Shown piece by piece: positions 11,784 through 24,020 of a stretch of DNA of 64,000 bases; within the stretch, counting starts at the first letter, position 1, and the number at the start of each line of letters is the position of its first letter. The notes below the pieces were generated by a model, which saw only the letters and a list, made by a program, of their open reading frames with translations, was not told the DNA's origin and did no database searches. Source of the DNA: Octopus sinensis (Eukaryota); contig NC_043020.1 in assembly GCF_006345805.1 (NCBI RefSeq), positions 4,092,001-4,156,000 of the forward strand. Reading direction: 5' to 3'. The position numbers were made by a program, and so were the translations under genes.

Positions 11784-11997
11784 CTGTAATAGTGTCTCCA
11801 CCCTTAAAATCCTGAGGAGAGAAATCAACTGAATAGGGTGGATTTGATGTTTGAGCCGGTTTATGATGATGATGCGGTGTCAAGTCTTCACAGTTTGGTG
11901 CACCACGGGAACGTGATATTACTGTGGGCACATAGAGGCCTACAAGTAAAGGGATCACCAATGCTGTTAAAGGGAGGGCTTCACGACCAGGAGGCAT
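11784..11997 (-). CDS. FRRS1: First coding exon of FRRS1-like protein: signal peptide plus Reeler N-terminus
   Basis: MPPGREALPLTALVIPLLVGLYVPTVISRSRGAPNCEDLTPHHHHKPAQTSNPPYSVDFSPQDFKGGDTIT; GAP.C...P.H...Q....PY is the Reeler N-terminal signature; donor ACAG|GTATGT at 11783; possible acceptor TTTTTGAAG at 12010. Confidence 0.85.
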
Positions 11998-12149
11998 TAT
12001 GGCAGAAAGCTTCAAAAATCCAAAACTAAACTTGTCTTTAAAGTATCCAAGTGTTTTATTTCATCCAGATGACCAACACTACAGAATAGAACAAAGATGT
12101 AAATAAAGAATATTAAATGTAAAAAAGCAACAAGATTATATAAATATAT

Positions 12150-13085
12150 TGCCTCCCAACACCGTGGTTCCAGGTTCAGTCCTGCTGCATAGCACCTTGA
12201 GCAAGTGTCTTCTACTATAGCCTCGAGCCAACCAAAGCCTTGTGAGTGGATTTGGTAGACAGAACTTGAAAGAAGGCTGCGAGCTGGCAGAAACGTTAAC
12301 ACGCAGGGTGAAATGCTTAGTGGTATTTCGTCTATCTTTACGTTCTGAGTTCAAATTCTGCCGAGGTTGACTTTTCCTTTCATCCTTTCAAGAGTTGATA
12401 AATTAAGTACCAGTTACGCACTGAGGTCGATGTAATCGACTTAATCCCTTTGTCTGTCCTTGTTTGTCCCCTCTATGTTTAGCCCCTTGTGGGCAATCAA
12501 GAAATAAGAAACTGAAAGAAACCCATCATATATATATATATATAATGGGCTCTTCCATCATTAGATGAAGTATAGGGGTTTGAGAGTTTCTTATCAAACA
12601 ACCACACAAACGATTTGTTTGCAATGATCAAATGTTTGTGTCCACATAAGCTCACCCCCCCCCTCCATCAAATTGACATTACCTGTACAGGTGCTACATG
12701 TCAGATGACGAAATGATCGCAGAGCAAAGTGAAATGAAGTGCTTTGCTCGAGGACATGACGCAATGCCTGGTCTGGGAATCAAACCCATGATCTCGCAAT
12801 CATGAGTGCAACACCTTAACCACTGAGCCATGTGCCTTCACGCACACACACACACATATTTATGTGTGTGTGTGTTTGTATCTGTGTTTGTCCCCCCAGC
12901 ATGACTTGACAACCGGTGCTGGTGTGTTTACATCCCCATAACTTAGCGGTTCGGCAGAAGAGACCAATAGAATAAGCACCAGGCTTACAAAGAATAAGTC
13001 CTGGGGTCGATTTCTCTGATTAAAAGGCAGTGCTCCAGCATGGCCACAGTCAAATGACTGAAACAAGTAAAAGAATAAAAGAATA
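12150..13085. mobile_element. Nested SINE cluster: CORE-type SINE (family B, +) split by SINE A (12275-12506, +) and a third tRNA-SINE (about 12600-12840, -)
   Basis: Family B GGTTC(C)GGGTTCAGTCC..ACCTTG(A/G)GCAAGTG resumes after the inserts; TSD-like AGAA(C/A)(T/C)TGAAAGAA flanks SINE A; minus-strand head GGCACATGGCTCAGTGGTTAAGG. Confidence 0.75.
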
Positions 13086-13094
13086 CATATATAA

Positions 13095-13900
13095 TCATCA
13101 TCATCATCATCATCGTCTAATGTCTGTTTTCCATGCTGGCATGGGTTGGACAGTTTGACTAAGGGCTGGAGAGCCAGATGGCTGCACCAGGCTCCAATCT
13201 GATCTGGCAATATTTCTACAGCAGGTTGCCCTTCCTAATGCTAACCATTCCGTGAGTGTAGCGGGTGCTTTTTACGTGGCACCAGCACAGGGGCCTGTCA
13301 GGCGGACCTGGCATCGACCACATTGGAGAAAACCTTTGCTCTACAAAACTGATTAAATATGAAGAAAAAGCACATGCATGCATTCCAAAATAGAATGTGC
13401 AGATACGAATTTGGATGAAAGTTGATGACAGGCCATGATGACCATTGGTGTCCATTAGGAAGAATGGGGTTTTACTAATTATTGATCCATACATGCAAAG
13501 GTCAGAGGAAACTCACTCAAAGTAGATTTTCAACAGCCAAATGCCTTTCCTGCTCCCAAGTAAGTATTATTTTTATAGAGCGATACTTAAATATTATGTA
13601 ATACCATCATCATCATCATCGTTTAACGTCCACTTTCCATGCTAGCATGGGTTGGACGATTTTGACTGACGACTGGCGAACCAGATGGCTGCACCAGGCT
13701 CCAATCTTGATCTGGCAGAGTTTCTACAGCTGGATGCTCTTCCTCATGCCAACCATTCCGAGAGTGTAGTGGCTGCTTTTTACATGTCACCGGCACGGGG
13801 GTCAGTCAGGCGATACTGGCAATGACCTCACTCGAATCTTTTTACACATGCCACCGGCACAGGTGCCACAGTCAGGAGGTACTGGCAATGACCTCGCTCG
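13095..13900 (-). mobile_element. Two RTE LINE 3' UTR copies (about 13095-13320 and 13605-13900)
   Basis: (CAT)n tails and the shared RTE 3' UTR sequence. Confidence 0.75.
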
Positions 13901-15017
13901 AATTCAAGAACTTCTTACAAAGTTATCCCCAAAGAGAATATTTACAAAATAAAATCCGAGATACAAACTTTCTGCTAAAAAAAATGTTAATTTACGTTGC
14001 AAGTTTACAACATTCTTTTTCAAATGTAACTGAAACGGGGGCAATGTATTCCAACAGAAATATGGTAACTGAAGAGTTAAAAAACCAATTTAAGATTCCC
14101 TTTGTACTTGATGAAAGCATCAAAACTTATTAAACTGAGATGTTTAGTGACTGTTAATAATTTTAACAAAGAAAACCAAGAAATTACATTTTAACATGAG
14201 AATAATCATCACAATTTATAACTTCTGGCTGATATTAACCATGTTTTGTGTTCACTCACTCACACAGCATTTTAAATCCTCATGAGACATCCTAATTATT
14301 GCATTGTCACAAGCTAAACTCAGAAGGGACCACGTAGTGAGTGGATTATGTCAAACACTGCTATCTGCCAAATAGTTATAGACATTCAAACAGAAGACCA
14401 ATTGAAAGGTCAGTCAATGGACAGTCAAAAAGTTGAGAATAAACTGTTTCAGAGTAAAAACCTGTTAATACAGAACTCTTATATATAAGTTTGGATCACA
14501 TATATATATAAGTTTGGCATGTTAATAAATGAGCTGCAACGTCACTGGTGCCAAGCTGTATCGGCTCCTTTGCCTTTCCCTTGGATAACATCGGTGGCAT
14601 GGAGAGGGGAGGCTGGTATGCATGGGCGACTGCTGGTCTTCCATAAAAACAACCTTGCCCAGACTTGTGCCTCGGAGAGTAACTTTTTAGGTGCAATCTC
14701 ATGGTCATTCATGACCGAAGGGGGTCACAGCACAACATATATATATATAGATATATATATAGATATATAAATGGATGAATGAATTATCTTTTGTTTACCA
14801 TTAACATGGAAAATTCAATAAACAGTTGCCAGGGTAGCAAAATTCATGCAAGTAACAAGGATGTAGCGACCTATTCAAAGGTAGAAACTTCGGGTTAATG
14901 TGCAGTAATTTGTGTAGTATAAGTAAATAAATGGAGTTGAACGCAGATGCTATTCAAATTCTTTTACTTTTGACATATGTTTCAAAGACAACATTGGTTT
15001 CATTCCAAAGGAATAAA

Positions 15018-15378
15018 CGGTGTAAAATGCAATCTTCTCATCAAAAACATACCTTTAGCTCATATAAGTGATTTTTACCAGTCTTTATAGATTGAACATT
15101 TAGTTCAACTTGCACTTTACTTCAATAGAGAAACCTACTTCCAAGCCTTTGAACATTTTTTCAACCAATATATCCCTCTTTATTTGTTCTCTACTTATTA
15201 TTTCTTTATCCCTTCTCTTCCTAGGGTCTGCCTTTGACGTCGGATCTACTAACGTTTTTTTTTTAAATACTTTATAGCATTCTGTTTATCGTTTATGCAG
15301 TCATCAAAATTGTTATAATGTCTTGTTGTTGAGATAGGCTCTCTTTCTTTCCTGATGAGAAGATTGCATTTTACACTG
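15018..15378. mobile_element. MITE with 26-bp TIRs, Tc1/mariner-like
   Basis: C(G/A)GTGTAAAATGCAATCTTCTCATCA at 15018-15043 and its reverse complement at 15353-15378 (1 mismatch); TA on the right flank. Confidence 0.7.
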
Positions 15379-15829
15379 TAAAATATATATATATATATAT
15401 ACAGCTGATGTTAGTATATTTATGTCCCCGTAAGCTTGCAGTTCAGCAAAAGTGACCGATACAATAACTACTAGCTTTACAAAGAATAAGTCCTAGAATT
15501 GATTTGTTCAATAAAAGGCAGTGCTCCAGCATGATTTCAGTCAAGTGACTAAACGAATAAAAGAAGATATATATATATTTATACACACGCGTGTGTGTGT
15601 GTGTGTATCCATGCATGGATATCCACACACATAGAAAGAAACGTGTGAGTGCATGTGAGACTAGCCCTTCCTTTCAGCATTCATTATTAAAACCAACAAT
15701 TCAACATTAAACACTTTATTATTCTTATTGTCATTGTTGCATATATTTCTTCATTTCATAAGTCCTAACATGTCTTTTATGATTGGTTGGGAAGAACAAA
15801 GCATGCTTCTGTGTGTATACATAGATTTT

Positions 15830-16121
15830 ATATATATTTATACATATACATATATGTATACATATATACATACATACATATATATATATACATTATATAT
15901 ATACACATATATATATATACATATATATATATACACATATATATATATACATATACACATATATATATAACATATACACATATACATATACATATATAAT
16001 ATACATATATATTACACATATATATAACATATATACATATATCATCATCATCATCATCATCATCGTTTAACGTCCGCTTGATGATGATGATGATGATGAT
16101 GATATATATATATATATTATA

Positions 16122-16162
<41 letters not shown>

Positions 16163-16680
16163 CATATATACATATACATATATATACATATACAATATAT
16201 ACATATACATATATACATATACATATATACATATACATATATACATATACATATATATACATATACATACATATACATATATATATATACATATACATAT
16301 ATACATATATACATATACATATATATATACACATATATATATATACATATATATACATATATATATATACATATATATACATATATATATATACATATAT
16401 ATATACATATACATATATATATATACATATATATATACATATACATATATATATACATACATATATACATACATATATATATACATACATATATATATAC
16501 ATACATATATATATACATACATATATATATACATACATATATATATACATACATATATATATATATATATATACATATATATAAATATATATACATATAT
16601 ATACATATATATATATATACATACATATATATATACATATATACATATATATACATATATATATACATATATATATATAT
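15830..16680. repeat. Compound (TA)n/(TACA)n microsatellite field
   Basis: About 850 bp of TA/CA dinucleotide mosaic; source of the spurious YI/YM ORFs. Confidence 0.95.
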
Positions 16681-16861
16681 CGAAATATCTTTCCTTTTGA
16701 CACTGTCTTCTCATTTGTCTTGCATTATAACAAATGAGGGTATCTGATCTTTGACAGACACCTGATATTTGTATCATTCAAAAATCCCCTGAAGCTGCTC
16801 GTTGGGGTCAGTTTGTGGTGCATTCGGTGAATTATTATACTATCTTTACATAAGTTTCTTT

Positions 16862-17160
16862 CTCTCAACACTACATCTACAGCAGTGGTTCCCAAAGTGG
16901 GCGGTGCACTCCCCTGTGGGTGGCGGAAAGATCTAGAGGCATGCTGAAGAAAAGTGGGGCAATATTAGGATGATGAAAAGGAGGCGATGGATGTAACCAC
17001 CACTCCCATCCCCCAAAATAAGGGATTAATTAGGTTAAGTTTTATTTGTGAAATACTGTTGCTTTGAATCTTAGCAGAAAGTGGTCCACGCTTGTGGTGC
17101 TGAGTCGGGAGGGGGAGTGCTAAGAATACCGCGCGAGTGTCAAGGGGTGGCAGCCTGTTG
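16862..17160 (+). mobile_element. Partial hAT (Charlie-like) non-autonomous element
   Basis: Begins CAGTGGTTCCCAAAGTGGG, a typical hAT terminus; right TIR not found. Confidence 0.45.
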
Positions 17161-17567
17161 TCCCAGTTTGTATTTTTTTACATATACATAAATATATATA
17201 CATACATATATATATACATATATATATACATATATACATACATATATATATACATATAATAGAAATATTAAAATTATTAAGTCTCTATAATAGAGATTGC
17301 GGCAGCGTTTACTGGAAATTAATTGTTATCGCCATATTAATATGGCATTCTTATAGAAATAAGAATAATCGCTGCTGCTGGTCAGCTCCATGAGGCCACC
17401 GCCATCAAGATAGCTATTGATACACGACTGTATCCATTATAACCTTCGAACATATATATATATATATAAATATATATACATATATATATATATACACACA
17501 CACATAAACACACACACATACATATATATATACATATATATATATACACACACACACATAAACACAG

Positions 17568-17599
<32 letters not shown>

Positions 17600-17604
<5 letters not shown>

Positions 17605-18480
17605 GGTTTATTTTGTCCTTGCAAAACCCCTCAAGATTCTCTTCCAGAGCTTTCTTACAAATGGCAAACTACCAAGCAAGCTGAAGGAGGGAATAATATG
17701 CCCAATACATAAAGGGGGAAGTAGAGCAGATGCCAAAAACTATAGGCCTATCTCTCTGACTTCACACATCAGCAAAGTCATGGAACGGATAGTCAGAAAG
17801 AAACTAATCGCATTCCTTGAGGAAAACAACTTGCTGAGTGATACCCAGCATGGTTTTCGACCCGGTAGGAGCTGCCTGACCCAGCTCTTACAACATTATG
17901 ACTGAGTGTTGAAGCAGTTACTCAACAAATCAAATGTGGACGTAATATACCTCAATTTTGCAAAAGCTTTTGACAAGGTGGATTATGGTATGATATTCCA
18001 CAAACTACGTGACCTTGGCATAGCTGGAAAACTTGGAGTGTGGTTGCATGACTTCCTGAAAGATAGGAGTCAGGCAGTAGTGGTTAATGGAGCCACGTCT
18101 ATGAACACACAAATAGTGAGTGGTGTTCCACAGGGCAGTCTTGGGACCACTGCTTTTTATAATGGCCTTCTCACATATGCCCTAAAATGCCCGGATAGCC
18201 ACCCTTGCAAGCTATACAGATGATACAAAAGTCTCACAGAAAATACAGAACCCCAGCGATGTTGCACACCTGCAGCAGGAGTTGGACTCAATCTACAGAT
18301 GGGCTGAGTATAATAATATGCAGTTTCATGCTGAAAAATTCCAAGCCCTGCGCTACCAGCATCCAAAACTGAATATTAAACTTACAGCGTACACCAGTCC
18401 ACAGGGAATTTCAATCCTAGAGCCTAAGTCAGTGAGGGACCTGGGTATTGACAGGAGTGATGATACTCTTTCCAAGTGCA
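17600..18480 (+). mobile_element. Decayed CR1/Jockey-group LINE RT fragment
   Basis: NYRPISLTSHISKVMERIVRK...QHGFRPGRSCLTQLL...VDVIYLNFAKAFDKVD...SGVPQG; frameshifted. Confidence 0.85.
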
Positions 18481-18493
18481 CATTACCAGGTCC

Positions 18494-18617
18494 TATCAAT
18501 AATAATAAAGGGTAATAATAATAAATAAATAAATCATAAAGGGTAAATGGTCCTTTTAACATGCCGAATACTACTTGGTGGAATTATTAATTAATTAATT
18601 TTACCCTTTATTATTAT

Positions 18618-18622
<5 letters not shown>
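18494..18622. repeat. 129-bp element with perfect 22-bp terminal inverted repeats
   Basis: TATCAATAATAATAAAGGGTAA at 18494-18515 and its exact reverse complement at 18601-18622, abutting (TA)n. Confidence 0.75.
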
Positions 18623-18659
<37 letters not shown>

Positions 18660-18829
18660 ATATATATATTATTTTTTTTTCTTCTCTAATTTCAGCTCAG
18701 AGCTGTGGCCATGCTGATGCACCGCCGTTTTGCTACACTGTTATTACTAGGGGCCTTCTCTAATATGTGGCACTTGGTGAAGAATGGAGTTTGATATAGC
18801 TTTGTAATTGAATGAGTTTTGATTTATTT

Positions 18830-19900
18830 AACTTATGATGATGCTGATGATGATGATGATCATAATAATAATAATAATAATGATGGTGATGATAACTAAT
18901 GATTTCTTACATTTGCCAGGATGAAGAATGAGGGGAACAATACAAAGACAGGCATAAAGTGTATGCATGAGGCGGGGGTTACATATGGAATGATAAAAAA
19001 ATGTTTAAAAAACAGACATTATAGGACCCTAGAAGAAGAGGGAAAGAAAGTGATAGTGATAGGGTCCTGCTGACACAGGAGGATCTCTAGGGATAATCAA
19101 TGAACCCTCATCATCATCACTGTTTGACAGTGGTCGAGACAATGGAATTTACTGTGTTACGCCAGACTTCATGGTCCATCATAGCATTAAGGAGGTCCTG
19201 TTGCTGGATGCCTGTATCCCTGGAGATTACATTAGGGTATCGTGAGCAGATGGCTTCCAGAGGAGAAGAGCAGAAATTACCTCGTTTTCAGCTCTACAAC
19301 AATGTCCAGCAAACCTTTCACGAGAGGTGATACAGGGGGTAGTTTCCCATATGTTTGTACTTTGGTTGGATGACGCTTCCACGAGAGATTCTGAACCCTA
19401 CCATCCAATATCATCCTGAATACCAAGGACAAATGCCCTCTTCAACACCTTTCTTCCAACACACAGGTCTACACTGAGAGTGGTACCACCCTTGCCATTC
19501 TTGCAACATTCACCCACTTTCTGATAAACTCACTCAAGGACAGTACTTCCCTCTCCACTTTCACTTTCCTTTTCAAGTGAAACTTGAAAATGTCGATGTG
19601 GGCTTCACCAAAGAGGGCTGTTTCTGCCCTCATTCCTTTCAGCCTTGTCCATCAGATAACCTCTTTCACCACAACCACCAGACAATGGAAAACTGCCTTG
19701 CCTGCCTGATTAAAAGAGGATGGTAGGAAAATCATCATTATGGACTCAGCTGACAAACACACGTCCCACATGCAAAAGCAGCTGTTCAACGTAACTCCAC
19801 AAGTCAGCAATGCCCAGACACTGAACGAATGCATGCAGTTTAGCTGCGCTGCAAGCACCTCGTACAAGCCTGTCTGACAGCATATTTGTGCCTGTAGAAT
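18830..19900 (-). mobile_element. Tx1/L1-like LINE 3' fragment
   Basis: Similar to 8130-9300 (AACLHAFVQC..IADLW.YVEQLL); 3' UTR and ATT/ATC tail. Confidence 0.65.
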
Positions 19901-20751
19901 TGATCTTGAACCCCCCCACCACCACCACCACCAGTGACAAGATTACTAGCAAATGATAATAACACTCATCCTCATCATTTAACATCCATTTTCCATGCTG
20001 GCATGGGTTGGACAGATTGACAGGAATTAATAATTAGTCCTGGGTATAATGTTAAACTGTATCTGGTTGTGGAGTCTCAGAGTGGGAATAATGGAATCAC
20101 CCTTAGCCATAATAACCTCTAGATCATGGTTGGGCAAGGTGTTGTTTCTGTAAGCCGACCCCAAGACCAGGTTGGCATCTGGTGGAATTAAGTCTGCCAT
20201 ATTGGAGTGGGAGTGTTTTTAACCGTGGTCGGCAACCCCTCTAGAGATGGTGTCTCAATAAAAACACAGATGTCCCCTCATCACCACAACCTTCACTTAT
20301 GAGTGTAAATTTCAAATACAAATATATTGAACAATAGTGTGAATGAGGTTGGAAGTGATAATGGTCAAAAGTTTCTTGTCTGGCAGAGTCCGCTTGGTCA
20401 TAATTGAGCTGAAAGAAAGGAGGACAGACTGACTGAATGCAACTGTGACGGAATATTTCATCCAAAGTGAAGCTAGCAGATTTGGCCAAAAGAACAGAAT
20501 GAGAGAGAGATGGCTTGAAAAGGGAATGTTTGATGTAACCCAGCAAAAAATTAAGTGACCAAAATAAGAAAAGCTGAGTAACAGAAGTAGAAATCAAAGA
20601 AACCCAAAGCAAGATCTACAAGATGGAAAACAGCAATGTGTAGGATATAGATTAGAAGATGTCAATGACACTGAAAGAGCAGAGACATGGCGGTTCAGAT
20701 ATCAAGTGCCGAGGGACCCCTTGAACAGCTAGTTGTTGCTGGTAGACTACA

Positions 20752-20975
20752 TCAGTTGTTAGTTGTCGGAGCACTGCATCCTTCAAAACTTCCATGCTTT
20801 CTGAGATTCACCAACACTACACCTGATTTCCTCCCCTCCATACACACACAAGCATGTATCTGACTCATACATTGTTCGCTTTCCAGACATTTGTACATTA
20901 CTGCATATACTCTATACGCACTTTCTGACAAGTTGTGGTGCACCTGAGCACTGTATACAATAATTTCATTATTAT
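20752..20975 (+). mobile_element. CR1-like LINE 3' end
   Basis: Near-identical to 25255-25478. Confidence 0.85.
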
Positions 20976-20999
20976 TTTTATTTTACATGATATTACCCA

Positions 21000-21930
21000 A
21001 ATAATAAGATGAAAGAAAAAGATTACCATGAATAAAAGTGATGAAAATAAAATAATGAAAGCAGTAGAGATGGTTAATTCTTGGGCAAGACCAGAAGTAC
21101 TGGTACCACCATGACCAATGACTTAATATATGCTGTAGCAGTAATGGAAAGACTTGGGAGTGAAGATATCACAACCCCAAAAGACAGAAAGAGAACCATG
21201 GTGGGAAAGGCAATTTAAGGGACAGGTAGAACAGTTGCCAAAAGATTTTGCGAGGGTAGAGATTATTAGCAATGGAGAAAAGATAAAAACTAGATTCCAT
21301 AAACCAATCCAAAGAAAGTACTGGCAGAAATGAAAAGAGAATAATGGAAGAATAAAAACAAAGGATAAATGCAGAAGTTGCCAAGATGAAGGAGAAAAAC
21401 AAAACTGAAGAGTTGAGACAAAATAAGATTTTTGAAAGAGATCAGAGTAAAGGAACTACAAAAGATGTTAGCACTTAACAAGAAAGAGATAAAGAAATTC
21501 TGGAGGAATATTAGGAGTCATGAAGAGAAACACAAGGGTAATGAAGAATTTCTAAAAAAGATAAATGCAAATAACATAGATTTGCCAAAACAAAAAAACA
21601 GAGACCACAGGAGAAAAGATGAAAGATGTCTTGAAAGGGATGTCAGACTGGAAATTCCATAAAGCAATCCAAAGAAAGTACTGGCTGAAATGAAAAGAGA
21701 ATAATGGAAGAATAAAAATAAGATTTGGTTTAGGGATTTGGACTAAAACATTTTCCTACACTTCATGCTAGAATGAGCAGACAGCTGCATCAAGATAGAT
21801 GTTCCTAAATGGATGAGAAAGGGCAGGGTGGTGCTGATAGTGAAAACTCAAAAGAAAGGAAATATAGCAATTAATTACTGACCAATAACTTGCATTTCAC
21901 TGATGTAGAAGTTGCTAACAAGTGTAATTT
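21000..21930 (+). mobile_element. R4/NeSL-like retrotransposon remnant with internal ~70-bp duplication
   Basis: EPWWERQFKGQVEQL.KDFARV and PKWMRKGRVVLI.K....NY.PITCIS motifs; AATCCAAAGAAAGTACTGGC..AAATGAAAAGAGAATAATGGAAGAATAAAAA repeated at about 21305 and 21665. Confidence 0.65.
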
Positions 21931-22189
21931 TAAAGGATATAAATTTCTCAAGGAGGGAGATCTACAGCCATCTGGTTCGCTAGTCCTCAGTGAAATCGTC
22001 CAACCCATGCCAGCATGGAAAGTGGACGTTAAACGATGATGATGATGATGATGATGACGAATGACAGACAAAGGGATTAAGTCGATTACATCAACCCAGT
22101 GCCATGTGGTTGGTAAGCAAGCTACATACCACACAGGTCCTATAGTCCCAGGAAGACATTCATATCGATCTCCTTCTACACCTATCTAT

Positions 22190-24020
22190 ATATGCTTATT
22201 CAATTAAAAGTTTCAAAACCTGGTTTCTTGCATAAACGGAATTTCCGTCGTTTAAAACATTGGGAAAAAATTTCGAAAAAGCTCGAAATTTTTTTTGGCG
22301 GGGGGGGGGGGGGGGGGAGGATTTTTTTTTCTTTTCATATTCCTAATCTCCGACATCTAAAAAGCAGGAATCTGAAGAAAAAAAAACTTTTTCAAAAAAA
22401 TGCATTTTTCAAGGCGAGGTGCGAAACTGCATTCGACCCCCGATTGCCTGAGAAATAATCTAAAATCACACACACACTGAGGTTTGTCAGATGAAAAAGG
22501 AATTGGTGGGTTGGAGGTGAGGAACGGAGTTGAAGGTTTGGCTAACGAGGTTTGTCTGTCGAATGACAAACAAATGTGAAAATAAGAATACAAGGAATTA
22601 TGTAAACATAGAAGGGCGCTTTTCCTTTTGATTCGATATTTTTTTTAAATCAGTAACAAAAAACCATACTACCTTTGAAATTGTTGCTGTTAACCCTAGG
22701 TCAGCCCTGCGTAAGCAACTATGATCAAAACCAATCCAGGTATGACCAGTGTAGAGAATAATGTGAAGGTTCTCGACACATTTTGTTTCAGAGACTGACG
22801 ACTTTCACGGCGATTTGGCTGTTGTTTCTAGCATTTGAAACGACCACATACAGGCCTCCCCATTAAATAAAATTTCTGACAATAACAAATAATTAATAAC
22901 AAAAGAAAAAAAAATATTTTTTAAACCATGTTGTGAAGCCGTGTCAGTAATGCCTTACTGCCTTTACTCACAAATCTCAACATTGTGAGTTCAAATCCTA
23001 CCCAAGTTAACATTTGCTCATCCGCCCTTTTCGGCCAGAAGCATCAACTCGCCCCTCCTCTGCCAAAATTTGAAACAATTACCGCAGAGCATCGGACAAG
23101 CTTGCAGTGTTTGTTCCTTCCTACCCTTTACGTTCTGAGTTCAAATCACGCCAAGGCAAACGATGTTTTCCATCCTCCTGGGGCTGGTGAAATAAAATAG
23201 CTATCAGTTGGCTGAGTCGAGCCAACTTCTGTTAATTAACTAAGCAAGATTAATTAATATTCTTTGAGCGTCGATAAAAAAAGATGACTTACCTGTTGTT
23301 CAGGTGTGGCCTGCCGTTCTAATCCCCAACAAATCTTCCGGGTACACTCAACGCTTTCCCCTTATTTTGTGTCTCCTTCTTCGAGTGTCTCCGTCTCCGT
23401 CGTCCTTATTGCTTTGCTTGTCGTTGACGTCGAGGACGACGTGGTCGTGATAGTAGGGAGAGCAGCAGCAGCAGCAGCAGCAGCAACAAAAGCAGAGGTT
23501 GTCAGTAGTAGTAGTAATAGTAGTAGTGGTGGTAGTGGTGGTGGTGACAATATTAGTGTGGTTAATTGGGATGGCTATAACGCAAAACGGCTGGTGGAGG
23601 TGGTGGCGGCGACAGTCGTTGTAGTGGTGGTGGTGGTGTTGACAGCAGCAGAGAAGTTGGGGATTGGTTTTGCTGGTGTAACAGGGCAACAACGTTTGGG
23701 ACAAGGCTTTCGTCAAGTCCTTCCACAGTACTTATGTGTGTGTGTGCGTGTGCGTGTGAGTATGTGCGATGGTATGTATAAATGTCAATGTGTGAATATA
23801 CAATTTATATATATATAGTATACACACCTCCGCTCCATTTTTTTGCAAATCATTCTCATTTAATTGTATATATTTTGTTTGTTTATTCATACGTTTCGTC
23901 TCATTCGATACCCTGACCCCAATGTTTGTTACGTCTGTCCTCATATCGTCCCCTCTTTTTCTCAACCTTATGGTAAATAAAGAAATTCTCTATCCCTCCC
24001 TCCCTCCCTCTCTCTCTCTC
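22190..24020. promoter_or_regulatory. CpG-retaining region, candidate promoter / first-exon zone
   Basis: Visibly higher CG-dinucleotide density than the flanks; contains a strong minus-strand donor at 23292 and GA/CT tracts. Confidence 0.4.
23293..23730 (-). other. Candidate non-coding 5' UTR exon of the FRRS1-like gene
   Basis: Perfect donor CAACAG|GTAAGT at 23292; all three minus frames stop before the donor; triplet-repeat-rich and CpG-rich; lies upstream of the ATG exon on the same strand. The 5' limit is unknown. Confidence 0.4.

Noticed and set aside
15352-15358. CTGATGA as a hammerhead core (also at about 33135 and 55015)
   Set aside because: No downstream stem II-GAAA-stem III arrangement; the 15352 instance is part of a MITE TIR.
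15728-16777. Long YI/YM/IY ORFs up to 291 aa
   Set aside because: Translation of TA/CA microsatellite lacking stops; the same applies to ORFs at 17382-17624, 27793-28742, 33728-33973 and 60299-60895.
23306-23818. 170-aa + strand ORF and overlapping minus ORFs
   Set aside because: Low-complexity triplet repeats; no domain similarity; better explained as UTR-like sequence.
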